Assembly: GCA_963744145.1 (NCBI GenBank)
Contig: CAVUSO010000001.1
Coordinates: 1,472,001-1,536,000 of the forward strand
Direction of reading: 5' to 3'
Length of the DNA stretch: 64,000 nucleotides
From: an uncultured cyanobacterium
Lineage (GTDB): Bacteria > Cyanobacteriota > Cyanobacteriia > Cyanobacteriales > CAWUOF01
Positions 20,387 through 30,497 of the stretch are shown here, in pieces (within the stretch, counting starts at the first letter, position 1; every line of letters starts with the position of its first letter). The notes under the pieces are model-generated. The model was not told the DNA's origin. It did no database searches and saw only the letters and a program-made list of their open reading frames with translations. A program made the position numbers and the translations under genes.

Positions 20387-20600
20387 TAATTGATCATCAG
20401 GAATTTTTTCTGACCGATCCGGGTATGATGCAGTTAGAGTGAACGTTTGCCACCCAGACTGTTAAGATTAAATCTGACAAGATGCCATTCACATTTAGGT
20501 GTGTTCAACCTGATTGTTTTATTTTCTCATATTCGTCGTTACAAAGGAGGCGGGCTTGTGTCAATCTTGTGTTAAAGATTGGTGTCTAGCTCGATTTTTT

Positions 20601-20996
20601 ATGAAAACCGTTCTGATTGTAGAAGACGATCTCATTAATGCTCGTGTTTTCTCAAAAATTTTGACCAAACGTGGTGGTTTGGCAGTTAAACACACTGAAA
20701 ATGTGGAAGAGGTGATCCAAATTGCCCAAGCTGGGGAAGCTGATGTCATTTTAATGGATGTTTCTTTAGCCCACAGTGTTTACCAAGGTAAGTCTGTAGA
20801 CGGAATTAAAATTACCCAAATGTTGAAGTCCGATCCAAAAACTGCCAACTTGCCGATTATTTTGGTGACAGCCCATGCGATGGCAGGCGATCGCGAAAAT
20901 TTTCTCAAACAAAGCGGTGCCGATGGTTATATTTCTAAACCGGTGGTGGATCATCAAGGATTTGTGGATCAGATCGTGGCTTTATTACCCCAATAA
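20601..20996 (+). CDS. single-domain response regulator (DivK-like)
   Basis: MKTVLIVEDD start at 20601 is more plausible than the TTG at 20514; ILMDVSL, VTAHAM, ISKP. Confidence 0.88.
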   Translation: MKTVLIVEDDLINARVFSKILTKRGGLAVKHTENVEEVIQIAQAGEADVILMDVSLAHSVYQGKSVDGIKITQMLKSDPKTANLPIILVTAHAMAGDRENFLKQSGADGYISKPVVDHQGFVDQIVALLPQ

Positions 20997-21051
20997 GAGA
21001 CAGAAGTCAGAAGGCTTCTGTCTTCTGTTTATGGGTGCAAAACGCTCAAAA

Positions 21052-21931
21052 TTAATTTTGCAGTTGAGGTGTTTTTGGTTGCTCTTGGAGTTTCGCCAGA
21101 GTAGCTTGAATCCGGGGAGTTTGGAGAAGTGTTCGGGTATCTTTGAGTAAGTGTTCGCCCCAGAGGTTTTCTTTAAGAAACGCCAAATCTCCATAACGAT
21201 CATCTAATTGGAGAGCGGACTCAGCCTTAGCTAAACCTTCTTCTTGATTGCCTTGAGTATAAAGAGCGACAGCCGTGGCCAAGAGAGGTTCTGCTGCTTT
21301 TTGCTCAATTGCTAATGCAGCTCGCCATTGGCTGAGCACCAGGGACATCACCAGTTTCGTATTTGACTAAACCGATATTATTGAGTGCTGGCCAAAATGT
21401 TTTTTCAGCGGTAACAGCATTTTCATATTGGGCGATCGCTTGATCAAATTGACCAAGCATATAATAAGCATTACCCAAGTCAAACAGAGCGCCAGGTGTA
21501 TTGGGTTTAAATGTCAACCCCAATTGCAACTCTTTCACCGCATCATTATATTGTTTCTTTTGAAAATAGGCTGAACCTAAAGCAAACAGAATCGAAGGAT
21601 TTTCGGGATCAAGCGACTGAGCTTGTTGGAGAGCATTAATCCCATTATTCACATCCTCAGTTTGCAAATATAAGCTACCAAGCAGAACCCAAACACGATA
21701 GTTTTTTGGTGCTAACTGGGTCGCTAGTTTCGCTCTAGACAAAGCGATATCATATTGGTGAGACTGGGCGTATAAGGCCGCTTCCTCGGCCAGATTTAAG
21801 CCCTTATTTTCAAGGTTGGTCGAGTCTAGGGGTAAAGTATGGGGCAGCAAAGCTTGTCCAACAGCGGGTTTAGCAACGCCCCATAAGCTGAGGATCATGA
21901 TTAGCGAGAGGAAAGGAATGGGTTTAGGCAC
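21052..21931 (-). pseudogene. TPR protein split by a frameshift near 21335 (or sequencing error)
   Basis: Signal peptide plus TPRs in 21305..21931 continue in another frame (SQWRAALAIE...) in 21052..21351. Confidence 0.7.
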
Positions 21932-22190
21932 GGAAAAGCCTCAAGGAAAAGGGATAAAGTGTGTTCACGTAGATTAGACCATTTCCATCCTATCCTGACA
22001 AAAATTAGAGAGAAAGACCAGTATTTGCTGAAATCTGGGACGGTTAAAATTAGGCGCAAAAACCTGATCGGGAAAAATAAATATGATCAGGTAGTGAGTC
22101 AAATGATAAAGTCAAAGCTATTCTGAAAGTGCCGACTTAGGTCGGGCGACTATCTATTTTTATTCAGGATCGGAATCGAACGGTTTTTTT

Positions 22191-23690
22191 ATGCCTTTTC
22201 CCAGATCTAGTGGTATTTTGTTACATCCTACCTCTTTTCCCAGTCGCTACGGCATTGGCGATTTGGGATCTGATGCTTATCGCTTTATTGATTTTTTAGC
22301 AGAAAGTAGCCAACAACTATGGCAAATCTTGCCTGTTGGGCCAACAGGCTATGGCAATTCTCCCTATATGTCTTATTCGGCAATGGCTGGTAATCATTTG
22401 TTGATTAGTCCAGAACAGCTAGGTAATTATGGTTTGTTGACTGGGGCTGATTTAGCTAATCTGCCAGAATTTCCAGCTACTAGAGTGGATTTTGAAGTCG
22501 TGATTGCCACCAAAATGAATTTGTTCTGGCAAGCGTTTGATCGTTTCCAACATCAGCCAAATCATGAATTTGAGCAATTTTGCCAGAATAGCCAAGATTG
22601 GTTGGATGATTATGCTTTATTTATGGCGATCAAAAAGGTGAATCAGGGTAAGGCTTGGAATGCTTGGGATACTCTGATTGCTAAACGTCAACCCGAGGCG
22701 ATCGCGACTTGTCAGGAATCTCTGAAAACTGAGGTAATGTTCTACAAATACCTTCAGTTTGAATTTTTTCGTCAGTGGTCGCCCCTGAAGCAATATGCTA
22801 ATCAGCGTGGGATTCAAATTATTGGTGATATTCCCATTTATGTTGCCCATGATAGTGCGGATGTTTGGTCAAATCCAGAAATTTTTTGTCTAGATGTGAA
22901 AACTGGTGAACCGGCAGGAATGGCAGGTGTTCCCCCTGATTATTTCAGCTCGACCGGACAATTGTGGGGTAATCCAGTTTATCTGTGGCGAGAATTAGCG
23001 AAGCAAGATTTTGCTTGGTGGGTCAAGCGTTTCCAGGGTCTACTGAATTATGTAGATATCATTCGCATTGACCATTTCCGAGGCTTTGAAGCGTTTTGGC
23101 AAGTTAAACAGGGAGAAACAACTGCCATCAAAGGAAAGTGGGTGAAAGCGCCAGGGGATGCTTTATTTACCGTTGTGAACGAAAAGTTAGGTAAACTACC
23201 AATTGTGGCCGAAGATTTGGGGACAATAAGTCCAGAGGTAGAAGCATTAAGAGATAAATTTGAGTTTCCGGGCATGAAGATTTTACAGTTTGCCTTTGGC
23301 TCTGGTGCCGGAAATCCTTATTTACCTTTTAATTATGATTCGCGCAATTGCTTGGTTTATACTGGAACTCATGACAATGACACGACCATTGGTTGGTTTA
23401 ACCAGTTAGGTGAGGGCGACAAAGCGGGTCTGTTGGCTTATTTGGGTTCAATCAGCACTGATGGTGTTCATTGGGATCTGATCCGGCTAGCGCTGAGTTC
23501 GGTAGGAAATCAGGCAATTATTCCTTTACAAGATCTTTTGGGTTTGGATACCCATGGGAGAATGAATATGCCAGGTAAATCTGATGAGGGGAATTGGAGC
23601 TGGCGCTATCAAGCTGAGGATTTAACTCCCCAAATTCGCGATCGGCTCAAAGGTATGACCGAAACCTATGGTCGCGCTCATCATCATTAA
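22191..23690 (+). CDS. malQ: 4-alpha-glucanotransferase (GH77)
   Basis: SGILLHPTS, GVPPDYFS, RIDHFRGF, AEDLG, YTGTHDNDT. Confidence 0.97.
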   Translation: MPFPRSSGILLHPTSFPSRYGIGDLGSDAYRFIDFLAESSQQLWQILPVGPTGYGNSPYMSYSAMAGNHLLISPEQLGNYGLLTGADLANLPEFPATRVDFEVVIATKMNLFWQAFDRFQHQPNHEFEQFCQNSQDWLDDYALFMAIKKVNQGKAWNAWDTLIAKRQPEAIATCQESLKTEVMFYKYLQFEFFRQWSPLKQYANQRGIQIIGDIPIYVAHDSADVWSNPEIFCLDVKTGEPAGMAGVPPDYFSSTGQLWGNPVYLWRELAKQDFAWWVKRFQGLLNYVDIIRIDHFRGFEAFWQVKQGETTAIKGKWVKAPGDALFTVVNEKLGKLPIVAEDLGTISPEVEALRDKFEFPGMKILQFAFGSGAGNPYLPFNYDSRNCLVYTGTHDNDTTIGWFNQLGEGDKAGLLAYLGSISTDGVHWDLIRLALSSVGNQAIIPLQDLLGLDTHGRMNMPGKSDEGNWSWRYQAEDLTPQIRDRLKGMTETYGRAHHH

Positions 23691-23700
23691 AAACTAATTA

Positions 23701-23750
23701 GATAAACGGCGAATCGTTTCGGTATCCTCAGACGCCGTTTGTCTTTTTTT
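23701..23750. terminator. hairpin between convergent malQ and rodZ
   Basis: GATAAACGGCG ... CGCCGTTTGTC followed by a T run. Confidence 0.5.
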
Positions 23751-23759
23751 GGGGTTTAT

Positions 23760-24584
23760 TTAAGACCTGGGAGTAGCTTTAAAAGTGACTTCTTCTGGCA
23801 TTCCTGGAGATCCCAATTGCTTGGCTTTTTCATCATTAAAAGCCACTAATACTCCACCAGCATTTCCCGCGAGAACTACTAATTTTTCATCCGCTACCCA
23901 AGTCCGCTGAGTCCCTTCTGGCAAAGTCCCTTCAAATTCCATTTTGCCATCAGCTACTACTCGAATCCAGGATTGCGCTTTGAAGATCACACCAACCCGG
24001 ACTGGTTTATGGGGTTGGTTAGGAGTTTTATTTTTGATAATTGTTCCCGTTTTCAGCGGACCTAAATTTTTGGGCTGATTAGCAATGACTTTACCTTCGG
24101 ACAGGGTGGGATGAGCTTCAGAATCCCGATTATTGTCCATATCGCTAGCCTGCATGGCTGACTGACGAATCAGATAGGATAAGCTATTCACAGCACAAAT
24201 AATCACAGCTATATAAACTAAATAAAGGTGTATTGGTCGGAGCTGTGCGGCTGGTAGATATTGCCAGAAAGGTCTTAATCTCATGATGAACGAGTCAGTG
24301 GGAAAGTCTTGGGCTAATAATTCGCCATTCAATCCCAGCGCATTCGCAAATCGTTTAATAAAGCCCTGGATATATACTGGTTCAGGTAATTTTTCTAATT
24401 GACCTTCTTCGATCGCCCGCAGTTGACTGACCCGAATTAGGGTTTTGAAAGCAACTTCTTCGAGGGAAAGCTCTTGTTCTTGACGCAAGACTTTTAATTT
24501 TGCCCCAATCAGCGCCAATTTTTCAGCTCGTTCTTGCTGTGGACTTAGTTTATTTTTTTTATTATTTCTCTTATTTTTCTTCAT
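23760..24584 (-). CDS. rodZ: RodZ-like HTH-TM-DUF4115 protein
   Basis: N-terminal HTH (AIEEG..LPEPVYIQGFIKRFA), single TM helix, SWIRVVADGK...GNAGGV. Confidence 0.85.
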   Translation of the reverse strand: MKKNKRNNKKNKLSPQQERAEKLALIGAKLKVLRQEQELSLEEVAFKTLIRVSQLRAIEEGQLEKLPEPVYIQGFIKRFANALGLNGELLAQDFPTDSFIMRLRPFWQYLPAAQLRPIHLYLVYIAVIICAVNSLSYLIRQSAMQASDMDNNRDSEAHPTLSEGKVIANQPKNLGPLKTGTIIKNKTPNQPHKPVRVGVIFKAQSWIRVVADGKMEFEGTLPEGTQRTWVADEKLVVLAGNAGGVLVAFNDEKAKQLGSPGMPEEVTFKATPRS

Positions 24585-24615
24585 ATCCTGTGCTCCTCGA
24601 GGTCTGTTGGCACAT

Positions 24616-25368
24616 TTACTTATTTACTGATATTAGTTTGACTTGGGTTCGTAAAAAACTGATTTCTGATGGTTTGAGAAAACGATAATGCCCACTCGGC
24701 AAATCTGCCAATGGAATTGGACCGATGGCGGTACGATGTAAGGTTAACACTGGATATCCTAGTTGTTCAGCGACTCTTCTAATTTGTCGATTTCTTCCCT
24801 CTTGTAAAACTACTTCTAAAAGTGTTTGACAATCGGGATGCCATTTTAACACTTTGACTTTGGCTGGTAAGGTTTTTCTGCCAGATAAGACAATTCCTTG
24901 ACGCCATTGTGCCAAGATTAATTCGGGTGGGTTGCCCTTAATCCACACCTGATAGGTTTTGGGGATCTGATGACGGGGATGGGTCAAATAAAAGGTGAGA
25001 TCGCCATCATTGGTCAGGAGTAATGCACCCGTAGATTCAGCATCTAAGCGTCCAACCGGATGTAATCCCTCTCCTTGGCTGAAGTTGGACGGGAGAAGGT
25101 CTAAAACAGTAGTTCGCTGCTGTGGATCTTTACAGGTCGAAACTACCCCAGCGGGTTTGTGCAGTAAAAGATAGATCAGATGAGGTCGATTGGACTGATT
25201 GATCAGCTTACCATCGACTTCGATTCGATCCTTGTCTGGATCGGCTTTTTGCCCCAAGCCAACTACTGTGCCATTTAATCTCACTCGTCCTGCCAGGATC
25301 ATTTGTTCGGCTTGACGACGTGAGGCAATGCCCCATTGCGATAAGATTTTTTGCAGCCTTTCATCCAT
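24616..25368 (-). CDS. rRNA pseudouridine synthase (RsuA/RluB family)
   Basis: S4 domain [16 protein letters not shown], catalytic [13 protein letters not shown]. Confidence 0.93.
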   Translation of the reverse strand: MDERLQKILSQWGIASRRQAEQMILAGRVRLNGTVVGLGQKADPDKDRIEVDGKLINQSNRPHLIYLLLHKPAGVVSTCKDPQQRTTVLDLLPSNFSQGEGLHPVGRLDAESTGALLLTNDGDLTFYLTHPRHQIPKTYQVWIKGNPPELILAQWRQGIVLSGRKTLPAKVKVLKWHPDCQTLLEVVLQEGRNRQIRRVAEQLGYPVLTLHRTAIGPIPLADLPSGHYRFLKPSEISFLRTQVKLISVNK

Positions 25369-25635
25369 TGAGTGACTGCTGTGTATATTTCTAGGTCGGT
25401 TAATTTCAAACTTAATTTTGCCATTAATTCAGAAAATTTGTGTAAAAACATTACACTTTTTTTGGCGATGACGATCGCCCAACTGTCCCAGCCGTGATTA
25501 GGGTGGACTAATTAAATCAGAAATTGGCTGGCGTAATCCAGGACTTTACTTCCCGAATTAATATAAATATAGCATAAATTTTGTGAAGCAAGTACGGGTT
25601 ATATTGCACTTGCTTGTTCGATTGAGTCGTCAGCA

Positions 25636-26154
25636 ATGGACAGGGATGCAGAGATTGAAGGAAATTATCGCTATTTATTAGGTCGGATGTGGAATCCCCA
25701 AACTCCAAGAGTTGTTTTTGTGATGCTTAACCCCAGTACAGCGGATCATCGCCATGATGACAAGACGCTGAAAAAATGTATTCATTTTGCCCAATCTTGG
25801 GGTTACGGTTCCCTCGATGTCGTTAATTTGTTTGCTTATCGTACCTCTAACCCGGGTGAGCTACATCAAGTGCCAGATCCTGTAGGTGCAAAGAATAACT
25901 ACTATATTGTCAAAGGAATCAACCGTGCTGAGAAAATTGTGTTAGCATGGGGTAATCACGGTAATTTTGGACAGCGCGATCAAGAAGTTTTACAACTAAT
26001 TTCTGGGCAATTAATTTTTGAGCATAAGCCTGTCTACTGTCTGGGTTATACAAAGTTAGGAAATCCACGTCACCCACGCGATCTTCCTCTAAATAGTTCT
26101 CTGGTTCCTTTTGCCATGCCACTATTCCAGTTAGTGCTCAATTTAGAAATATAA
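25636..26154 (+). CDS. DUF1643 family protein
   Basis: YRYLLGRMW, FVMLNPSTAD, VVNLFAYR, LAWG, PRHP. Confidence 0.85.
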   Translation: MDRDAEIEGNYRYLLGRMWNPQTPRVVFVMLNPSTADHRHDDKTLKKCIHFAQSWGYGSLDVVNLFAYRTSNPGELHQVPDPVGAKNNYYIVKGINRAEKIVLAWGNHGNFGQRDQEVLQLISGQLIFEHKPVYCLGYTKLGNPRHPRDLPLNSSLVPFAMPLFQLVLNLEI

Positions 26155-26242
26155 GGTAAATCTAAGTGCGATCGCTTTATATTATATGATATAATGGTAA
26201 ACTGTTCTTTAGTGAGCCGACGGTTATTGGCCATATTTATTT

Positions 26243-27220
26243 ATGCAAAAAAGACCAGAAATTTTTGAGATCTACTGGAAATTTGCGGCCTGGCGGCAAG
26301 AAGTTTTTTTTAAGAAAATGAAAAATATGCCTCGTCCTTGGACAGAGGATAATATTATCAATACCTATAAATTTTGTAATGCTTATCGAGCCAGCGATCG
26401 CGTTTCCCAATATTTAATCAAACAGGTTATTTATCAAGGTAATTATAATGAAGAAGATATTATTTTTAGAATTTTGTTATTTAAAATATTTAACAAAATC
26501 GAGACTTGGCAATTATTAGAAAGTAAATTAGGTGATATTACTTTAGCTGAGTTTAATTTTGATACCTATTGTGATTTACTCCAAGCAGCACTAGATGCAA
26601 ATATGGTAATTTATACCAGTGCTTATACATCCTGCCCCACTAAATATTTTGGCTATGATAAAAAACATGAAAATCATCTCGCTTTAATTAGAAATATGGT
26701 GCAGGAACAACCAATTTTCAGCAAGATCATTACAGCTAAAAGTTTTAAAGAGGTTTACCAGACTTTGCTTAATTATCCATTAATTGGCAAATTTATGGCT
26801 TATCAACTAGCAACGGATATTAACTATAGTGAAGTGATCAATTTTGATGAAAATACATTTACGATCGCTGGTCCAGGTGCGGAACGTGGAATTAGTAAAT
26901 GTTTTAGTAATTTAGGAGGTAAAAATCATGCTGATGTGATCCAGTGGATGACGGAAAACCAACATGAGCAATTTCAAAGTCTCGGGATTAATTTTCAAAG
27001 TCTCTGGGGTCTTCCTCTCAAAGCGATCGATTGTCAAAATCTGTTTTGTGAGGTAGATAAATACTGTCGAGTAGCTTTTCCTGAACTGAAAAGTAATCGG
27101 ACCAAAATCAAAGCAAAATTTACTGCTAATCCGACACCAATTGACTATTTTTATCCTCCCAAATGGAAGATCAATGAAAAGGTTCAAGTAACTCTAGCGA
27201 CTAGATTACCTTCAGGATAA
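26243..27220 (+). CDS. aGPT-Pplase1-like (5-hmdU DNA kinase helical-domain family) HhH-fold DNA base-modification protein
   Basis: RQEVFFKK..PWTEDNIINTYKFCNAYRASDRVSQ, LFKIFNKIETW, HhH hairpin YPLIGKFMAYQLATD, GPGAERG, DCQNLFCEVDKY. Confidence 0.8.
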   Translation: MQKRPEIFEIYWKFAAWRQEVFFKKMKNMPRPWTEDNIINTYKFCNAYRASDRVSQYLIKQVIYQGNYNEEDIIFRILLFKIFNKIETWQLLESKLGDITLAEFNFDTYCDLLQAALDANMVIYTSAYTSCPTKYFGYDKKHENHLALIRNMVQEQPIFSKIITAKSFKEVYQTLLNYPLIGKFMAYQLATDINYSEVINFDENTFTIAGPGAERGISKCFSNLGGKNHADVIQWMTENQHEQFQSLGINFQSLWGLPLKAIDCQNLFCEVDKYCRVAFPELKSNRTKIKAKFTANPTPIDYFYPPKWKINEKVQVTLATRLPSG

Positions 27221-27462
27221 ATCCTGCTCAAAACTAACTAAAATCAGAGCAAGTAGGTAGGAAACCTACAGTTAACTGAACCCTATTGAATTATATATCG
27301 GTTAATCCTCATTAAGAAATAGCAGAAAATTTTTGCCAGTAACCCGATTTGTGGATGTGAGTTGGATGGTGAAAATAATTAACGAATAAACTTTAATAAA
27401 CCTTAACCTTTTCTCAAGCGAGAGCTGGTTAAAATATTGGTGTAGTATATAAATTTTTATCT

Positions 27463-30054
27463 ATGCCTCAGACTTTATATAAGAAAATATTATCATTACT
27501 CATATTAAGCACTCTGATTCCAGCTTCGACGATTGGAATGTATGGAATCTTTTCTTCAACTCAAGCAATATATGAAGTAAATATCAATCGGATTAAGAAG
27601 CAGAATAATGACAAAGTCAAAGATATTGAAGCATTTCTCAATAATACTGACCAAGATTTGCGTTTTTTAATGTCAACTCCTGCTTTGGAAGAATTAACTA
27701 GACTAGGTGTATATCAAGCACCTCAGTCACAGTCAAATAATTATCAAGATGTTCTCAGAAGAGCAAATCAGATTGCGAAAGGACTAATGCGCACGACTCC
27801 TGGTTACAAGACTATTCGCTATGTTGATGCTCATGGTCATGAAATGATGCGGGTTGAGCTAGTCGATCATAAATCTTTTGCGATCGCAGATGAAAACCTA
27901 AAAGATCAGAAAAACTCAATTTATTTTCAGGAAGCACGACAGCTAAAACCTGATCAAGTATATATTTCACCTGTGGTTTTTGAACCTAGTTCTGAAGAGA
28001 TTAAAACTCAGCCACCCGTTAAAGTCAACACCAGTGATAGCAATTCTATTCATCCTGTTCTCTACTATGAAATGGCATTTTTTAATCAATCAGGTGCTTT
28101 GACAGGTGCAGCGGTTATTACTTTAGATTTATCAGCGCTCAGAAATCTGCTAGAAAGTTCAAAAATAGACAAAAATTATACCTATTTGATTGATTCATCA
28201 GGTCGTTATCTATTTAATTCTCCTCGCCAGGCTCAAGGTAATATCAAACAAGTTTATCCAGAAAAAATAGTTAATGACATACTTTCAATGCCAGAAAGTG
28301 TAATTAAAGTCAATCAACAGGAAATTATTAGCTCCCAAAATATTGCGAGTAATACTAATCATAAATTAGTGATTTTCCAAGTATCTAGTACCGATATTGT
28401 GCTTGCTCCAATTAATTCTTTTATTTTAGTGGCAATAGCTGTAATTGTTGGTTCATTAGGAATAGTATTAATGGCTGGGATTCCCATATTAAGGAGAATT
28501 GCTAAGTACCAAAATCAGTTGTACGATCAAATTCAAAATGTAGCCGCGATCGCTACAAAAAAAGCGGAGGAATTAGCAGAAACTCTCAAAGTTAATTCTA
28601 CTCTAACTGAACACCTTCAATCCGCCAAAGAAGCTGCGGAAGTTGCCAATCAAGCTAAAAGTGAATTCTTAGCTAATATGAGTCATGAGTTACGCACTCC
28701 TCTCAACGGTATTCTCGGTTATGCCCAAATTCTCCAACGAGCAAAAGAACTAACTCCTAAACATCGCAAAGGGATTGATATTATTGAACAAGCAGGTTCT
28801 CATTTACTGACTTTAATTAACGATATTCTCGATTTGTCAAAAATTGAAGCCGGAAAAATGGAATTATTGCCAAGAGATTTTCACTTAGGTGCATTTTTAA
28901 GTGGGATTGCTGAACTTAATCGTGTTCGGGCTGAAAGTAAAGGAATTAACTTTTATTATCTGCCTGACCCAGAAATGCCCACTGGAGCAATAGCTGATGA
29001 AAAAAGGTTAAGGCAAGTTTTAATTAATTTAGTAGGAAATGCGGTAAAGTTTACCGATCGCGGTCATGTAACTCTAGAAACAAAAGTGCTAGAAAAACAA
29101 CCAAAAGAAGTGATGGTTCGGTTTACGATCACAGATACAGGAGTCGGGATGAAACCAGAACACATTGCTAATATTTTCCTTCCTTTTGAACAGGTGGGTT
29201 CAAATTCTAAACGAACAGAAGGAACAGGACTAGGTCTGACGATTTGTACAAAAATTGTGCAAATGATGGGTAGCAAAATTGAACTGACTAGCAATTATGG
29301 TCAAGGTAGTAAATTTTGGCTTGATCTCAAGTTAGGAATTTCGACGGAATGGATTAGTGCTGCTAGTTATAGTAACAAAGGTACTATTATTGGCTATAGT
29401 GGTGAACCAAAAAAATTATTAGTAGTCGATGATAAAGAAGTAAATCGAGAAGTTTTGGTAGAAGTATTAAGACCTTTAGGATTTGTAATAGAACAAGCAG
29501 AAAACGGTGCAGAAGCATTAGAAAAAACCCGCTCTTTTCAGCCAGATTTAATCATTACTGATATTGCTATGCCCGTGATGGATGGTTATGATTTTACCCG
29601 GGAAGTGCGGAGTTTATATTCAGAAAAAATTCCGATCATTGCTTGTTCGGCTAGTGTTTCCTCTAGTGACAAAGATTTAGCGATCGCTGCTGGATGTAAT
29701 GATTTTATTCCCAAACCAGTGGAAATGGAAATTTTATTCCTAATCTTAGAAAAATATTTGCAAATCCAATGGAATTATGATGTCAATCATTCGACTTCGA
29801 GTAGGACCCAGGAGCAGTCAACCAAGGTGCCAGTTCAAGAGATGGTTTTTCCAACTTCAGCAGAGCTCAATAAGTTATATGAAGCGAGCCGGATTGGTGA
29901 TATTGATATGATCAAAAGTGAAGCTGAAAGATTATCACAAAGTAACCCACAATATCAGCCTTTTACTGATCGAATTATTGAACTTGCTGACCAATTTGAT
30001 GATGTTGGGATTATTCAAATGATTAAGTCGATTATAAATTCAGAAATAACGTAG
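27463..30054 (+). CDS. hybrid sensor histidine kinase/response regulator with Cache-like periplasmic domain
   Basis: Two TM helices, [30 protein letters not shown]-terminal REC domain. Confidence 0.93.
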   Translation: MPQTLYKKILSLLILSTLIPASTIGMYGIFSSTQAIYEVNINRIKKQNNDKVKDIEAFLNNTDQDLRFLMSTPALEELTRLGVYQAPQSQSNNYQDVLRRANQIAKGLMRTTPGYKTIRYVDAHGHEMMRVELVDHKSFAIADENLKDQKNSIYFQEARQLKPDQVYISPVVFEPSSEEIKTQPPVKVNTSDSNSIHPVLYYEMAFFNQSGALTGAAVITLDLSALRNLLESSKIDKNYTYLIDSSGRYLFNSPRQAQGNIKQVYPEKIVNDILSMPESVIKVNQQEIISSQNIASNTNHKLVIFQVSSTDIVLAPINSFILVAIAVIVGSLGIVLMAGIPILRRIAKYQNQLYDQIQNVAAIATKKAEELAETLKVNSTLTEHLQSAKEAAEVANQAKSEFLANMSHELRTPLNGILGYAQILQRAKELTPKHRKGIDIIEQAGSHLLTLINDILDLSKIEAGKMELLPRDFHLGAFLSGIAELNRVRAESKGINFYYLPDPEMPTGAIADEKRLRQVLINLVGNAVKFTDRGHVTLETKVLEKQPKEVMVRFTITDTGVGMKPEHIANIFLPFEQVGSNSKRTEGTGLGLTICTKIVQMMGSKIELTSNYGQGSKFWLDLKLGISTEWISAASYSNKGTIIGYSGEPKKLLVVDDKEVNREVLVEVLRPLGFVIEQAENGAEALEKTRSFQPDLIITDIAMPVMDGYDFTREVRSLYSEKIPIIACSASVSSSDKDLAIAAGCNDFIPKPVEMEILFLILEKYLQIQWNYDVNHSTSSRTQEQSTKVPVQEMVFPTSAELNKLYEASRIGDIDMIKSEAERLSQSNPQYQPFTDRIIELADQFDDVGIIQMIKSIINSEIT

Positions 30055-30078
30055 GGGCGTATTGCAATACGCCCCTAC
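30051..30078. repeat. REP-like perfect palindrome overlapping the kinase stop codon
   Basis: GTAGGGGCGTATTGCAATACGCCCCTAC; related to the core at ~54087-54111. Confidence 0.7.
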
Positions 30079-30094
30079 ATCATCAACCGATCGA

Positions 30095-30157
30095 CCCAAA
30101 TGGAAGATCAATAAAAAAGTTCAGGAAACTTTAAACGCAATACTGTCATCTGTATAA
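30095..30157 (+). pseudogene. diverged copy of the last 20 codons of the aGPT-Pplase1-like gene
   Basis: PKWKINKKVQETLNAILSSV* versus PKWKINEKVQVTLATRLPSG* (27158-27220); same length. Confidence 0.75.
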
Positions 30158-30497
30158 ATACTTATAATTAATAAAATTATCGATGACTATATAAGTATTT
30201 GTTTATACAAAATATTACTTAAGTAATGTACTGTTTTTACCAAACTAAGATCGTTTGGATAGTTCCTAAAATTCCTTTTGAAACAAAGATATAAAAGCTA
30301 GTATGTTAGACAAATTTAAACTAATCTTAACTATTTAATGGTACTATTTTAGTTAGAATATTAATATTGATTAAAATCGCAAAATTCTAATATTAGTACA
30401 AGTGATTTATCAATTTTTTTTCTAAATAAAACCTTCTTTGTAGAGATGTTTCGATGTAACCTCTATTACATGGTGTTAAAATACCTAAAAAAACTTT

